A stretch of DNA of 62,792 nucleotides, counting the filler, from Asterionella formosa (lineage: Eukaryota): the NCBI GenBank assembly GCA_002256025.1. It is 5 parts of 5 records of this genome, joined end to end, with 100 filler letters (N's around TTAATTAATTAA, not from the genome) between each part and the next. Parts side by side here need not be neighbours in the genome. Positions count along the whole stretch, not along the records: positions 1 to 20,014 come from NKIB01003473.1; 4 more parts are not named here. One strand, given 5' to 3'. The position numbers were made by a program, and so were the translations under genes. The first letter of the stretch is position 1; each line of letters begins with the position of its first letter. The notes below the pieces were generated by a model. That model did not search any database, was not told where the DNA came from, and saw only the letters and a program-made list of their open reading frames with translations. This document shows, one piece after another, positions 1-13,918 of the stretch.

Positions 1-143
1 TATATTATTATTATGCAAACCGGTAGCTGTTTGCTTGCTTCAGGCCTGCTTGTAGCAGCTCGTCCACTCAATATACCGGTCGTATGTAGACAACGGTATA
101 TTCTAGCTATGTAGGAGAAGATGTGGTCTGACAAACTTTGCTG

Positions 144-228
144 CAAGTTGCGGGAATTTTGCCGAACTAAAGATTTGGCTTTTTTTTCTCAGATTAAATT
201 GTTGATTAAAGCAAAATGACCGCAACAG
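144..228 (+). mobile_element. 88-bp MITE family, copy 1 (right TIR slightly decayed)
   Basis: CAAGTTGCGGGAATTTTGC...GCAAAATGACCGCAACAG, colinear with the copy at 49802-49889 and preceded by CTG. Confidence 0.8.
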
Positions 229-249
229 CCATGCTTGGAATTCTCGTCA

Positions 250-800
250 TTGGTGTACGTACTACCAGGTACGGTAGAAGGAACTGGTAGCTGGTAACTA
301 CGTACCGTTGGGACTACCGGTATGTAGCACCAGGTATTTAGCTATCGTCTATCTTACCGGTAGAAAAGAATGGCGGTTGGTACCAGGTAGTACTGTAGGA
401 GTGTTGACTTCATTTTATTTACGCACTTGCTGTACTGCCTGTACTGTATACAGTATTATCTCTATGTATGTATCATTGGATCGGTACCAGGTACCGGTAT
501 CATCGTCCTAATCATGTTACGTATATGCTGGCATGCCTGTATCGGGAAATACGAGGGGAAAAAATCATTCGATTCCCATCGACAAAGCAAGTACTGGTAT
601 ATGGTACCTGGTACCTGGTACCAGTACCCTGGTACGGTATTTACCGGTATTCTTTAGAGCAACGTACACAACGGTAGTTGCCTGTGCGTTGGAATACCTA
701 CTACGCGAGAGCTGGTCATCCGGGTCACCGTTACTCCGGTACTCGGAGTACCAGGTGGAGTACCAGGTAGTAAGTAGACTGGTATGCATATCATGCCGGT
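250..800. repeat. Cluster of GGTACCW heptamers and TACCGGTA / TACCWGGTA palindromes upstream of the OSCA-like gene
   Basis: For example 603-635 ggtacctggtacctggtaccagtaccctggtac, with many TACCAGGTA and ACCGGT words nearby. The short ORFs here are VPGT/WYQ repeat noise. Confidence 0.8.
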
Positions 801-1056
801 AAACACAACTTTTCCTAGCCCCGAAATGCCATCGGTCCCGCCCCGATCAGTTTCGTCCATACTCTGCCTTTTCCTCGCCTGTAAACCGGTATGATACGAT
901 TTAATCTACTTGAATCATCACAAAGAAGCATACATATGTAGTTAACAGTAAGCAGCACCAATAGACTGTTGATCAGTAACAGCGTTAGAAAGGACAAGTT
1001 CTCACTTCAGATTTATTCGTTGCTGACAAGGAACGCTTGTTTGAAACTTATTCGAC

Positions 1057-4000
1057 ATGACGCAAGGAGTACATGAAACGGCCGCTCCTCCTCGTGAGGT
1101 TTCTTCTGTAGAAGCTGGCACTGACGACGTATCCATGTTGACGCAAGAAACGCCCACCGTGATTGGGCGAGTAACGTCGTCGATCGGTTCCGTCATCTAC
1201 TACCCTATCGGGTATCTCATGAGAACGACCTACACTGATGAAAACGAAACTGCAGTTCCCGACAATGTCATGCCAGCTGAAATACCAGAAGGAAGTGAGT
1301 CGCAGGAACCTGCCTTGCCAAATAGAGCCGTGGCGAAAAATAAGATTGACTTCTTACAAGATCCTCGCAGGCAAATGACTTGGGGCAGGAGGATTGGTCT
1401 CGCGTTGATGCACAAAAAATGGTACAACCCTCATGCTGAAAATCTACACTTGATAAGAAGTGAGTCAGAAAATCGTGCTTTGCTACAAGAAGCTCGACCA
1501 CCAAAGCGTACACGTGAGGAGAAACCTAGCTTAGAGAGGGCATGGGCCTATTTTGAACATTTTGCATTGCCTCGTTTCATAGTGGACGAGCAATCCGCGA
1601 AAGGTGATCTTTCACGAGCAGAGCCAGGAGAAGATGAAAACCCAACCAAACTATACGATCCGATCTGTACTCCCTTGTCTCAAATGGGAGATTTTGGGTT
1701 GGGTGTCGGCCTTTACTTTTCGACACTTCGAGCTATCACAGTCTTGACTCTGGTTTGTGGCCTTTTGAATATTCCGAACTTTATTTACTTCTCTGGTCCT
1801 GACTATAGTGATAATCAAAATGGAGTACCGAGGTTGTTGAAAGGCTCTGCGATCTGTACGGATGAAGTATGGGTTCCTTGTGCTGACTGTTCCTTGGAAA
1901 ATTTCACTTCATCGAAAGAGAGGTATGGCACTGCAGTCAATTCCAATGGTGATGTTCTCAACTTTGCTATCCGTAACAATTGCAATGGGGCTACGACACA
2001 GCAAGTTATGATCAATTACGGAACACTCCTCCTAGTTTTAGTCGGGATCTTAGCTATGAATGCATATCAAAAGAAGAAGGAAATTGAAGTGAGTTTCCCA
2101 GGGTTCAATGATAACGCAATTTATCGATGTACTGACATTGCATTTCCATTCAATCCCCTGTTAGTTTGATGAGGACGAGCAAACTTCGCAGGACTGTGAG
2201 TTTCATTAGAGCCACAAATTGTGTGTTTGCAAAGCGAATCGATTTCAATGACTTCACCTGCTCACTAACTCCTATATATCCTTAAATAAACACAGATTCA
2301 ATTCGTATTCAAAACCCCCCTCCAGATGCTGTCGACCCCGAAGAATGGTTCAATTTTTTCCACGATAATTTCGAGGGTGCACATGCAACTGTTATTACGG
2401 TTGCACTTGATAATGACCTTTTGGTCCGAGACCTCGTGGCTCGGCGTGAAGCGATGAAGAAACTTGAGTTACATGTCGAACCGGGAACGTCCTTAGACAC
2501 TTTGACCCTGGCACGACTTGCTGCCGAAACATTGCGAGACCGGAGCCTTTTTCAAAGACTATTAGCCTTTATTGCTCCTGGAATCCCTGAGTACTTTTCC
2601 AAAATTGCCGAGCTCGAAGCTCAGATCAAAGGTTGGGCTCAAATCGAATACCCTGTTAGCAACGTTTTTGTGTCGTTCGAGACTGAGGAAGCGCAACGAT
2701 TTGTCTTGAATTCACTCTCACTAGGTTCGCTTGAAGTCTCCAGAAACGATAGCAAGGCATTGGCTAACGCGAAGTTCATGTTTCGCCGCGGTCGTGATGA
2801 CGAGCGCATCTTGAAAGTGAAAGAGCCCGAAGAGCCGAGCACAATCCGTTGGGCTGACTTAAATGTGACTTTTGCCGACAAGATGAAGCCATTGGCTACT
2901 ACTTCGGTCGCGAGTGTTGCAGCAATTATTTTGATTGCCGTCATTATCGCCACGATCAATAACAAGTCCACTGTTTTCGCCGCTTTCGCGATTTCCATCT
3001 CAAATAGCTTCTTTCCCATGGTAGCCAAGGCTTTGACCAACATGGAGCGTCACTCTTCCGAAGGTCTCAAGCAAACCTCTCTCTATTTCAAGATCGCCGC
3101 TTTCAGATGGGTCAATACTGCCATTGTTATTACTTTGATTACACCATTCACGTCCACCCTTGCCAATACAAAGGGTTTAATTCTTTCTATTTACACAATT
3201 TTCTTCGCTGAACTTGTGACCACGAACGCAATCCAGCTTCTCGACCCTGTTGGTCACTTGCAGCGACATTATCTCGCTCCACGTGCAAGTACTCAAGATT
3301 TGATGAATCTCAGTATGCAGGGCCAGTCGTTCGAATTGGCCGAGAGATATACCAACATGACAAAGATCCTCTTCCTAACGTTGTGGTATTGTTCCATTTA
3401 CCCTGGGGCTCTTTTCATGTGTTCGTTTACTCTTGGAGTCAACTATTTTACAGGTGCGTGTATCAAAATGTATTTTGATTCCCTGGCTTCAACCGTTTTC
3501 TCATTTTCCTTGTAATATAGATCGATTTTCGTTGATGAGAACTTGGAAGAGAATTCCACAACTCGGAACTCGAATTTCCAAGTTCTCCCGTAGGTATTTC
3601 TTTTCAACTGCCATTGTAGCCATGGCAGTGGTTTCAAGTTACTACTGGTCGGGTTTCCCTTACGACAATCTTTGTGAGAACAAAGACCCTGTCAGCAACG
3701 GTTATGCAGGTACATGGAACGTCACGACTGGAGACAATAAGACCAACACAAATGTAACTGTATCCGCAGATGATGCGTCCTTTCGTTTTTGCCTCCAAGA
3801 CCTACTTCGAACAAATGGAAAGAACTTCCCCGCTTTGGCTAAATTTCAACCTCTAAACGAAGAATGGATGACATTCGACCAAGAGACGGTCGTCACAATT
3901 TATGGGTGGACATCTGTTGGTGTGATGGGGATTGTTTGCATGTCCTTTCTTTGGGCCATTCTGTTATCTGTTCGCAGTATCTTCAAGGGAACGTACACGC

Positions 4001-4299
4001 CAAACGGAGAAGATCAAGCTATTGGCTTCAGCGATGTCCGATCCATGTCCGCCTTTGTTCCTCAGGTTGCCAGTGATGTTTTTTCCTATCCGCTCTTGGC
4101 CTGTAATTCTGAAGCTATTGACTCTTCTTTGTATGATTGGACTGATCCAGATAGACCATTTTCATATTATGACTTGACAATTGACGCTAAGGAATTACTG
4201 GAGGGACTTGAAGGCTTCGACTTTGCGAGTAAACACGTCTTTTCTATTGTGTCTCACCGCCCTCCTGCCCCTAAAGATGTCGACATTAAAATTGAGTAG
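1057..4299 (+). CDS. CSC1/OSCA-TMEM63-like (TMC/OSCA superfamily) multi-pass ion channel; exons 1057-2088, 2165-2195, 2296-3453, 3521-4299
   Basis: Three long ORFs join in frame through GT-AG introns (..KEIE/FDEDEQTSQD/YSIRIQNPPPD..NYFT/DRFSLMR). Motifs include DFGLGVGLYFSTL, RRM-like FVSFETE, EPEEPSTIRWADL (OSCA APEPxDIxWxNL-like) and FELAERY, plus many TM segments. Confidence 0.75.
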
Positions 4300-4755
4300 A
4301 TATATGCCGTACCTCCCAGGTTCGTTATTTGTTTGTTCGGCATCGAATACACCCATCAGCGCCCTACATGCTCCAACCTTACACCCGAACAGGATTTGTC
4401 GGATGTACTCCGATGACGCTGATAATCTAATATTTAGTAACTACATACCAGCTGCAAGGGTACGTTCATTGAATGCCACAAGGGTTTCGTGTTGCAAAGT
4501 TGTTTCGATGTAATCAATCATCAGACGGTTCTGTCGACTGAAGCTAGAATGCGATAACATATATTGAAGCCCAAGCCATATATCCTTTAGGATGACATGG
4601 TTATTGGACCTAGGTGTCTGTAGTGGTTTGGTTTCGCTGTTGTATACATTTCCATAGAAATTTGACCTTTCGGATCATCTGTTTGGAAGCTTTGACTACC
4701 AATCTGGTAGCTATGTGTAGGCTTTTTAACCACGTGCCGGTGGTATATTCTATTG

Positions 4756-5868
4756 TCACTTCCCTCCGGTAGTGACTTTTATCTTTGTCTTTTTGTTGAG
4801 GATTCGAAGTTCCTCATCCCATCCAAGTACTTTTGCCAGTGTGATGACGCTATCGTCACAATCTCCACCGTAGAATATGTCTTGATCCGAGTCTTCCTTG
4901 AAGTCTCCTACCAATTCACGATTCAACAAGACCCTTTTGCATTTGACCATGCGTGGAATTCCATTGACTGGTCCGACCATCAAACTGGTTCCAATGACAA
5001 TAAGCAGGTCCGCTTTTGCTAAATCATTTTTAAGCAACGAATGGAAGCGTCGCGGCAATCCTTCACCAAAGAATACAATATCAGGTTTGACGTGTCCTCC
5101 GCATTTCTTTTTTCCGCATTTGGGTGTTTCGTCCGTTTCCAAAATGATGCGTTTGCATTCGTCTCCATCCATTGGATTGCCACACTTGATGCAACTGGCG
5201 GTCCTGAAATGGCCGTGACATTCAATTATTTGTTCTGATGGAATTTCAGCAAGGAACTCCAGGCCATCAATATTCTGCGAATAGTTTCGCAACAGTTTAT
5301 TCTTCTTGCTCAATAGCTTCAAAAATGAATGGGTCAGTGTCGGCGAGTATTTGAGGCCCGGCCATATTTCCTTAGCAAGGGAACAAAAGGGTTGAGGATC
5401 CTTCTGATAGAAATCCACATCAAACACAGCCTGTAGAAGTACGCATATTGTGAGTAAGAGAAGCACGTAGATCTGTTGAGCCGCTTCTTTTCCATCAGCT
5501 TGAGTCACATACCTCTGGGTAGGGCAGATTGTATAGCTCAAGGTTATCATACAAGCTGTTATTCGTATGTGGTTTCAGTCAGAAAAACTATATGGTGAAC
5601 ATTGGTTCTCGTGCATAGCAGACTTTCCTCCGCCGAGAAAAACTTACCCCGTTCCAGGAGTGCGAAAATCCGGAATTCCTGCGGAACATGAAACTCCTGC
5701 ACCGGAGAGAACAATGATTCTCTCCGCGTCAGCGATCAACGACGCGACTTTCCGGAGGGAAGGAGGCACATCAATGTTTGTAATTTCGTTCTCCTGGATA
5801 TCCAATCCTTTAATCTGATCGACGAGATCACCAATTTCGCCTTCCGCCTGGTCTTGCTTCGAGGCCAT
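4756..5868 (-). CDS. SIR2: NAD-dependent deacetylase, class I sirtuin; exons 5868-5648, 5555-5513, 5430-4756 (start may extend to 6072)
   Basis: The spliced protein has GAGVSCSAGIPDFRTPGTG/LYDNL..LPYPE/AVFD, YSQNIDGLE, ECHG, a CxxC..CxxxxC zinc site, KPDIVFFGE, GTSL and LLNRE. Confidence 0.93.
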
Positions 5869-6166
5869 TTCACTGGTGAAGCGACGGAAATGGTGGGAAA
5901 TCGAAGGTAGAGCGGCACAAGATAAAGGACGAGCTGGCGAACGATGACCTTTCACGAATCTTCCAAAGAAAGTGCCTCCCCTTGCTAAACCGATACTACC
6001 GCGAAGAGTCCGAATGGTTTGGAAATAATAATGCAACTTAAGAAAGAAGTGATGTTTTGCTTTAGTGTACATTATGAAACATGCAGGCTCGATTGTTTGC
6101 TCGCAGGGAGTAGATTACCGGTAGTAGGCAGCTGATCTGTTGTATACCATATCGGAAATACCAGAG

Positions 6167-6253
6167 CAAGATGCGGTCATTTTGCTTTAAAAAACATTTA
6201 ATCTGGGATAAAGACAGCTAAATCTTTAACTTCAGCAAAATTACCGCAACTTG
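6167..6253 (-). mobile_element. 88-bp MITE family, copy 2
   Basis: CAAGATGCGGTCATTTTGCT...AGCAAAATTACCGCAACTTG, the reverse orientation of 49802-49889, followed by caagtacctggtacc. Confidence 0.85.
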
Positions 6254-6580
6254 CAAGTACCTGGTACCCTACGTGGTTGTGGTATGTACCTGGTTGTTAT
6301 ATACCGGTATACAAATAGTACCGGTAAATGATATTTCATTATTACCTTTATATGTATAGTACGACGACGAGGCGGGGGAGCGCCGCGTGAGAAATGTGAT
6401 TTCAGGGTTGGTACCTGGTACTAGACTACCGGTAGACAAGACTCGACAGATCGCTCTTCTTGTGCTTTAGATTTATTCAAGAGACATTCTATAGATTGCT
6501 GCGACTGGTGCACGGCACAACATAAAATCAGGGATCAGTGTAAGCATGGGACAGGAAGTTTAGCTTACAAGTTCCTCGTC

Positions 6581-9500
6581 CTAGTTACTGTCCATGGAAG
6601 ATTCGTCGTCTGATTCGCTCACCGCTGGCTTCTTTTTTGAAGTTGGTGTGGTGCCAAAATGGGTTCTGGAATGGACCTTGCGTTTAACGGATTTATTTTC
6701 AAGGATTTTCACGCTAACAACAGTGTCCTTTGTGTACATCTTAGTCTCTCTCATCAGATCATTCATGTTATCGAGCACCATGCTATCAGCGTTCCACTCA
6801 TCGTCAACTGGCCTGGCAAACTCAGAATGCATTGCACTAAAGGGTTGTGCGACGAAGCGATTTGGACGCCACAGGATAGCAACTACTTCAGGTGCCAGAT
6901 CATTGTAAAGGAAAAGAGCAAGGAGACCAAACTTTCTTCGCAATTCAGTGATCATTGCATCTATAGGGGAAAAGTTATACTGAAGAAGAAAAAAAGCAAA
7001 CAGTCAAAAGAGTCAGGTGAGAAATTGTGATTGTTTCAGTAATACCGGACCGACAAACATGTCAAATAGCAAACTTACTAAAACCGATGAGATGCCATCA
7101 TTCTGTAAATTGCGGTAGTTCTTCAATTGCATAGTTTTAGGTCCCAAGAAACGGTTCCGCATGCTGCGAGTGTACGAAGTCTCAATATCGCCCTCACTTT
7201 CCTTAGTTAATTTGATGTCAATATCACCTGTCGACGACGTCTCACGATCGACAACGAAATCAGGATCAACTCTGAGCAAGGCGCTGTATGACAAAAATGA
7301 GGACGATGTCTCGCGGAAAATCGCAGACCAGTCCAGCTCGTTTCCGGACAAGCACCTCTTTGTAAAGTCCAAAGAACGCTTGGCTAAAGCGCCGGCTCGC
7401 GAAAGGGTAACCCTTTCAGGAAGGGATTGAGAAAATGTGGGTGTCCAGATCTTGCTTGATTTCGAAATTTTCGGGTCGTCTGTGTCTTCGTCTACTTCGA
7501 GTCGGCGATCGTTGGGCGATATGAGATACATGGGCGGACCACCAAGATAGTCTGGACCCCGGACTTTTTCGAACTGCGTAATAATCAAGGAGAAATCATC
7601 ATCAGAAAAGTGTCCTTGCGGATCGACAATAAGAGGTCGCCTGTTTTGTAAATAAAATCGAAGAGACGAAGGATTAGCCACAACCCAGACTTTGTGTAAA
7701 ACATGTGACATTGTCAACAAGGCAAATCGGAAGGAAGCGGCATTTTCTAGGCAAAAATGACACTTGCGTGATGCAATTCAAAAAAAATTTCGGTCCACCC
7801 GAGCCAAATACATTCAGCGTTTTCCGACTCAAAAGTAATCAAGACGAGGGTCAATCATAGGCAAGAGACTCACCTGGACCAATTATGGTTTGATAGTAGA
7901 TGCAGTACACGCATGAATCCGGCCGTAGCAGTGGCTGGGGCTTCTAATGGTGCATCTTGATCACAGTACACTTTTGCAACTAGAAGGTCGATAACTTCAA
8001 TGGGAATCAAACCAGAGAGCATGTGCGATGCAAGCCATCGTTTCGCCAATCGAACAACTGCGCCTGACGATGGATGGGACGTGTGAACAGCATGCAGCAT
8101 TGAATGATGCGAAGCGGCCACTACATTCTCCTTAGTAAGGATCTGGAGCAGGCCAATTGCTTCTGGACTAGGCTTGTGCAAAGACCTAAGCAAGTGTAAT
8201 TCTGGGTCCGCCCGTACAACAATCCGCCATGAGTAGCCTTTGTAGCCCAAGTCGAGAAATCCAGGTGCTGCGTAAACAGTGCCACCAAAGCCGTCATTAT
8301 CGCTTCGGCTCATCATTCCTTCGATTCCATTAGCCAGTTGGATAAGCATCGCCGTCTTCGCGGCACCCATTGCCTTGATATCTGTTGGCCACTTCGACGA
8401 GCGCCCAAAACGGATTTGAATCAGGATCGGGCTTGAGCAGATCACTCCAGAGACTTTCTTTCCTGCATTTCTCTGACCACCTAACAACGGATGCGAAAGA
8501 GGCGGAAAAAGCTCTGAGTATCGCAACGCAGGTGACAAAGGTTCAACTGCGTCAATTGGCAATGGGATTCCCAATCTCGATTGCTTTTTGTATGGTTCTC
8601 CGGGAAGGGGCAGTGTTTGGGAACTGTGCTTGATAAGAAAGGTCGACAAATCGTTGAAGGCATTCAATAGATTTTTATGTGCCATGTAAGAGCTCGAAAG
8701 CACTCGTTTCTCTTGTTCCTCAGTGTGAACGCCATCAACAATGGAGAGCATCTCTCTTAAAAGGAATTGAGGAACTTGTTTCTTTTCGCCAAAGAAATGC
8801 ACTTTCAGAACATGCCGAATAATCCGCTCAACAATGCCCCCTTGTGTTTTGTCGTCTCCATCGAAAACAACGTATCCTTCTTCATGTGAAGGGACATTCC
8901 AAATGACTGCATGAACGATAGCGCCGTCCTTGAAACGTCGAAGTTGAGCAGCTTTACCCCACAGGTCAATAAAGGCTTGGGTTCCTTCCACATCGTCTGC
9001 TGGGGGTCCCCTGTCAACAATTCGTGAGCATGTGTCAGGATTTAACTTGATACCCAAGACCAGTGTCTCTTCGCCAAGTGGGGAAAGATTACTGATATTA
9101 GCAATGTGGCTGTCACTTATGGGATGAGTTGGAATTTGATCAGACCCGCTTTCACTTAATTCGCCATTTCCGGTTGTTAAAACGCGAAGATCAATCACTC
9201 TGTCGCCCAAAGCCTTTCTTAGAACTTCAAGTAGCCCTCTTGTCAAGCTTTCATACTTTCCTCTATCGACCTTTAGGTGGAATTCCTTGGATAGATTCCA
9301 TTGAATCGACTTGATAGGGATCCGCATGTAAGCATCCATGCACGTCCAAAATCGAGCTGATAGTAAAAAAGTGTTCGAAAAGGGTCTATGATGGGAATGG
9401 AGTGCAGTTATGGTTAGTTTCGCGTGACTGCCGACGGCACGACAAAAGGCTGTCGACACATTGGAGAAGTAGTTGCACATCATTGTTGCGTCCACCAAAA

Positions 9501-10820
9501 CTGGACCATCACTGAATGTTCTGTAACAGGCAAGTAGAGTTTCTGGGTCGCCATTAATTTTGTTCACTGGACTCTCCTTTGCTTGCTGCGCATATAGCTT
9601 TGATTGCAAACACGAAGCAACCGTCTGCAGCTCGTTTCTCCCTCGTTCCGGGATGACCAGAACTTGCATGTAACTCTTGGTGCCCTCATCTCCCCACCAT
9701 TCAACCAAGAACTTGCAAAACACAGTAAAGACTTGCAATGGTGCCATTCTTGGATTGGCACGTTTCGTACGGTACAAGTACAAAAGGAGGGTTGCCAAAT
9801 GAGTATCCCCAAAACCATCGTGTGCCTTGAAGAAACCACGTTGAAGACTCCAAATTTTGCACAAACACATGGTGTCACTCAAGTGTACCAACTCATCGTC
9901 TAAGACTAAATCTCGAATGACCGTCCAATGCGCATCTTGTGCCAACAAGGCATTGTAATTCGGAGTGGCATCATTTCCCTTTAGGTTGGCGCGGTTTGGA
10001 AAGAGGCGAGCATGTGGAATCCAGTCAAGTGATTCCATTCCCATAATGATTTGCACTTGGAATCGAGCTTTTGTTGGAGTATCCATTTTTTGCTTCTTGT
10101 TTGCTTGTTTCGGTTTATTTGTTGCTGTTGGATGAGTGAGAATCAAGGAAGGGGTATGCCGATCACCATTATGAAATCTCCATTCCACTGTTCCAATTGT
10201 TTCATGGAACTTCTTCTGTGATAGGTACTGCGCAATTTTCCACAATACCAAGTTCCTTTTCTATGAATTAATAATATTTGTATGCAATATATTAGATAAT
10301 GCGGCAGAACAAAAACATGACACTGTGTCAGACTTTTGTTGGTTCTGATACGTGGGGATTTATAATAACTTACATCAAAATACCGATAATGAAGATAATC
10401 TTTCGCGTTCCACATGGAATTAGGAAGGATGACAGCGCAGTCCAGAGTGGGCAATGCATTTGCATTCCCAGTAGTCTTTGTGAGGCCGATGCAGTTTGCG
10501 CCATTTGATCCAATGGGATCCACGTTGAGATTGGCTGGCACCGACACCTCGGTGATCTTTCTTGATTTGTCATAAAAGGGACAACTTTCGTTGCTGCTGG
10601 CAGTGCAAGCCGGCATCTGTCGAATGGTGGTAGCAACGTTGGCAACATAGTCCCGCGCAAAGGCAGCCCACCCAACGTTGGCATCAGAGGGAGAAAGATT
10701 CAAAACTGTTTCGTCCAGGAGCTCACCGACTTCAACTTTCAAAAGATTGCTTCTATGAAGTTCTAATACAGGAGTATCGACCGTGTCCAGGAACGACGCA
10801 TCTTGGGCAACATCTGCCAT
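6581..10820 (-). CDS. NOL6: Nucleolar protein 6 / U3 snoRNP Utp22 (Nrap family); exons 10820-10374, 10260-7874, 7640-7079, 6979-6581
   Basis: Motifs include RSNLLKVEVGELL, KDYLHYRYFD/KR, TPNYNALL, VDRGPPADD, FIDLWGKAAQLRRFKDGAIVHAVIW, SSKWPTD, RLAKRWLASHML, W..PLIVD and F.P....ELRRKFG..ALFLY. All GT-AG junctions keep the frame. Confidence 0.93.
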
Positions 10821-11040
10821 CTTGCTGGATGACGATGATGATCAAGGAAATGTGGGCAAATTTCAATTAAAATTACCGGCATGGCAACTTGTATTTATAC
10901 TACAGCATACAACATAATGATTTATTATTCCACAGCTGTTGTATAGAGTATATAAAAGTACAATATATTATACTTTCTTACTACATAGCGGGAAGCAATG
11001 AAAGAAGAACGAAGGCAGGAGGAATCGCTCGCGGAATGCA

Positions 11041-11131
11041 TGGTACCTGTTACCCTGGTACCTGGTCCCGGGTACCAGGTACCTGATCCTGGTAATTGAC
11101 ACTCGAGGAGTACTGGTACCAGGTACCAGTA
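11041..11131. repeat. GGTACCW palindromic array in the NOL6/TIM17 divergent intergenic region
   Basis: tggtacctgttaccctggtacctggtcccgggtaccaggtacctg...tactggtaccaggtaccagta. Confidence 0.8.
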
Positions 11132-11400
11132 CCGCATTTCTTCCTTCCTCTTTCTTCACAGTCCTTCAAAGCGGTTTTCAAACATGGTGAGAGGAAAAAC
11201 TGGTGGATGGTTGGCCTGTCACCCTGTGCATCATCCGTCAATTACATGTGACGTCACGCGTGAGGAGGGCATAAATATTTGTTAGCTCGCAACTGCTTAT
11301 CCTTACCACAAGGTTGGTTACCCAGAAGGTTCGGTAAAACAGTTTTTACTTCAGAAAAGACTAAGCTAATATCTCGTTTAGCGGACCTTCCTCTGGGGTG

Positions 11401-11484
11401 CCTGGTACCTGGTACCTGGTACCAGGTACTGGTATCTTAGACTAGGTATTACCTGGTACCAGGTACCAGGTACCAGGTACCAGG
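11401..11484. repeat. (GGTACCW)n array forming an inverted repeat with ~28-bp perfect arms
   Basis: The left arm cctggtacctggtacctggtaccaggta is the reverse complement of the right arm tacctggtaccaggtaccaggtaccagg, with a ~21-nt spacer. Confidence 0.85.
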
Positions 11485-11758
11485 GAGTTCCTCGTACCTG
11501 ACCGAGAATTGCGATAGAGCGAAGAGCGAAACTTGCATCGCAAGCAACATCCTTGCGTTGATCCATCACCAAAGTTGTCATCGTTCTAGCACCCGCAACT
11601 TTCTCTATATTGATCGAAGTAAAGTGTTTGATTGACTGTCGTATTAACCATTCTGGAAAAAGTACAAAGAGAAAGCAAGCAGCGAAAACTCGCCTCTGAT
11701 CTCACACTCGCACATTGCATTTGGGCTTTTCAACACAGAAACACAGTAGTATAACAAC

Positions 11759-12528
11759 ATGGGAAAGTCTGGAATGGCCGATCGTGAGCCCTGCCCTTGG
11801 CGTATCATTGATGATATCGGTGGTGCGTTTTGTATGGGTGCCATTGGAGGAGGAATCTGGCATTCTGTCAAGGGAGCGCGATTGGCCCCTGCTGGTGCAC
11901 GGATGATTGGCTCGCTCAGTGCTGTTCAGGCCAGAGCACCTGTTCTTGGAGGGCAATTTGCTGTATGGGGTGGACTCTTTGCCTGCTGCGACTGTACCTT
12001 AACGGCTGTCAGACAAAAGGTGAGTCCATACGTTTCGTCAATCTTTCGTTTGTTTCGCTTCAGTTGCCTGTTACTATGCTTCACGACCCTCCCTTTGGCT
12101 AATTGAAACAAACACACGCAACTGCACCTCCCCAGGAGGACCCATGGAACTCCATCATTAGTGGAGCTGCTACTGGAGGAATCCTTGCTGTCCGAGCTGG
12201 GCCCCGTGCCATGGCCTCTGCTGCGGTGGTAGGGGGTGTCTTGCTGGCGTTGATTGAAGGTATGGGAATTATGTTTACCAAAATGATGGCTCCACCTGTA
12301 CCTACGGCGGAAGACTACGAACGAGCAGCACGACAAGATCCAACAGCACCACCAACGGCCCCTGGCTTGAGTATGATGGCAAGTGTCATGGGCACGGCGA
12401 TGGCACCGCCACCCAGCACTGACTCACATGGTATGTCGACCGAAACTGTATTTTCGACGGAAGGCAGTAGTAGTAGTGAGGAAAAACCAAAAAGCAGTGG
12501 AGGTTGGTTTGGATTTGGTTCCAGCTAG
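11759..12528 (+). CDS. TIM17: Mitochondrial import inner membrane translocase TIM17; exons 11759-12019, 12136-12528
   Basis: [24 protein letters not shown]...[18 protein letters not shown]....[23 protein letters not shown]......SA..GG.LLALIEG, with an in-frame GT-AG intron. Confidence 0.96.
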
Positions 12529-13870
12529 CAGAATGGTTAAACTGTCAAGTACAGTAGGATATGCGAGTTATGTTGAGCATACCATGGCCCCTTTTACTGT
12601 TCTTGTATATTGAAGTACCTGTATTATTTATTGCACTCAAAGCCAATACAACTGAATGTCAAGGTTGTTACAGTCAGAGTAAGTCCACCAATAGCCAACT
12701 AGCCTGGTGAAATTTTCTGTCTATCTACCAGGTACTGTTAATCAGCCATGTCTGTGTACATGTGGGGGGGGGGGGCAGGACTATCATGGGTTTGGTAGTC
12801 TACTATATTATAGATGGTATGTTTGCCTTGCCATGACTATGATTTGGATAGACCATAAAAACTGCCGTACTGCACTGCTGACCATCAAGAACCCTCCGGT
12901 TGGTCAGCCAGTGTGACATCAGGGTCCTTCAATTTCGTGGTGCATCTAATAGACATACTCTCCCACATGCAATCTTCCAAAAAAGAGTGGTAGCATTCTA
13001 TCAGTTGCTGATTTTTGTAAGTTTAATAAATTCATCAGTTGCAATATTTTTCCTTCATCTGGGATACAAGCTATTATTACGAAACACACCAGATATGCAT
13101 TTTCACAATCGTGGACATCCCTATGCAATATTACCAGTTTACATGATTGCTTTATGAAAGTGCCAAAGTGAATATATATGTGAAAAGATGTGTGCACCAT
13201 GACAGAGCCATTCCCCAACTAAAATGCTTATTCACCAGTATTTATTAACTACCAGGTAGTAGTCTGCCTAGTTTCAACACTGTAGCATACCGGTATTCGC
13301 CTTCAGGTTCCCGTAACTTGCATCTACATTTATTTTCTAAGGAGTTCTGGCTAAGACTTCGTTGGCAGCTTGTAGCGCTGCTGCTGGCACCCTCCTTATT
13401 CACCATGTCCGTTTTGGACACTTCCGCTCCCTTCTCCGTATCTGAATTAATCACAAAATTAAAAAGGCAAATCTAAACAGCAGGTTAGAGTGTTGTCAAA
13501 CTACTAGCTAGTGAGGAACTATTATTGGCCACTGGGCACTGGTGTGCCATTGTTAATCTTAAGAAATGAGAGAGGAGTGAAATCAGAGGAGGTACAGGAA
13601 GTGACGGCTCTTACTACAAGGAGAACAGAGCCAAATTTCTCACTTACCTTACCGTACATCATAGTATAAGGAATAAATTTCGGATTCCTTATCGACAATA
13701 AATATATGTACCTACAGAAAAGCGATACCGGTATGTGAATGTACTCAGTATACCGTAGACACACATAGAAAATAAACGGGCCTGCCTCCTTCTTCCGGCG
13801 ACCACAGCTGTACATACTACAAGTGTCTTGTTGTACTGCCAGGTGACTGATACGTTCCACAGTCGCGGCA

Positions 13871-13918
13871 CCAGGGTACCGGTACCAGGTAACTGGTACC
13901 ACGTACCAGGTACCTGTA
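13871..13918. repeat. GGTACCW palindromic array
   Basis: ccagggtaccggtaccaggtaactggtaccacgtaccaggtacctgta. Confidence 0.75.

Noticed and set aside
308..860. Short ORFs rich in VPGT/WYQ/YLVP (also ~10900-11580, 13522-14145, 33500-33940)
   Set aside because: They are translations of the GGTACCW arrays with no protein features.
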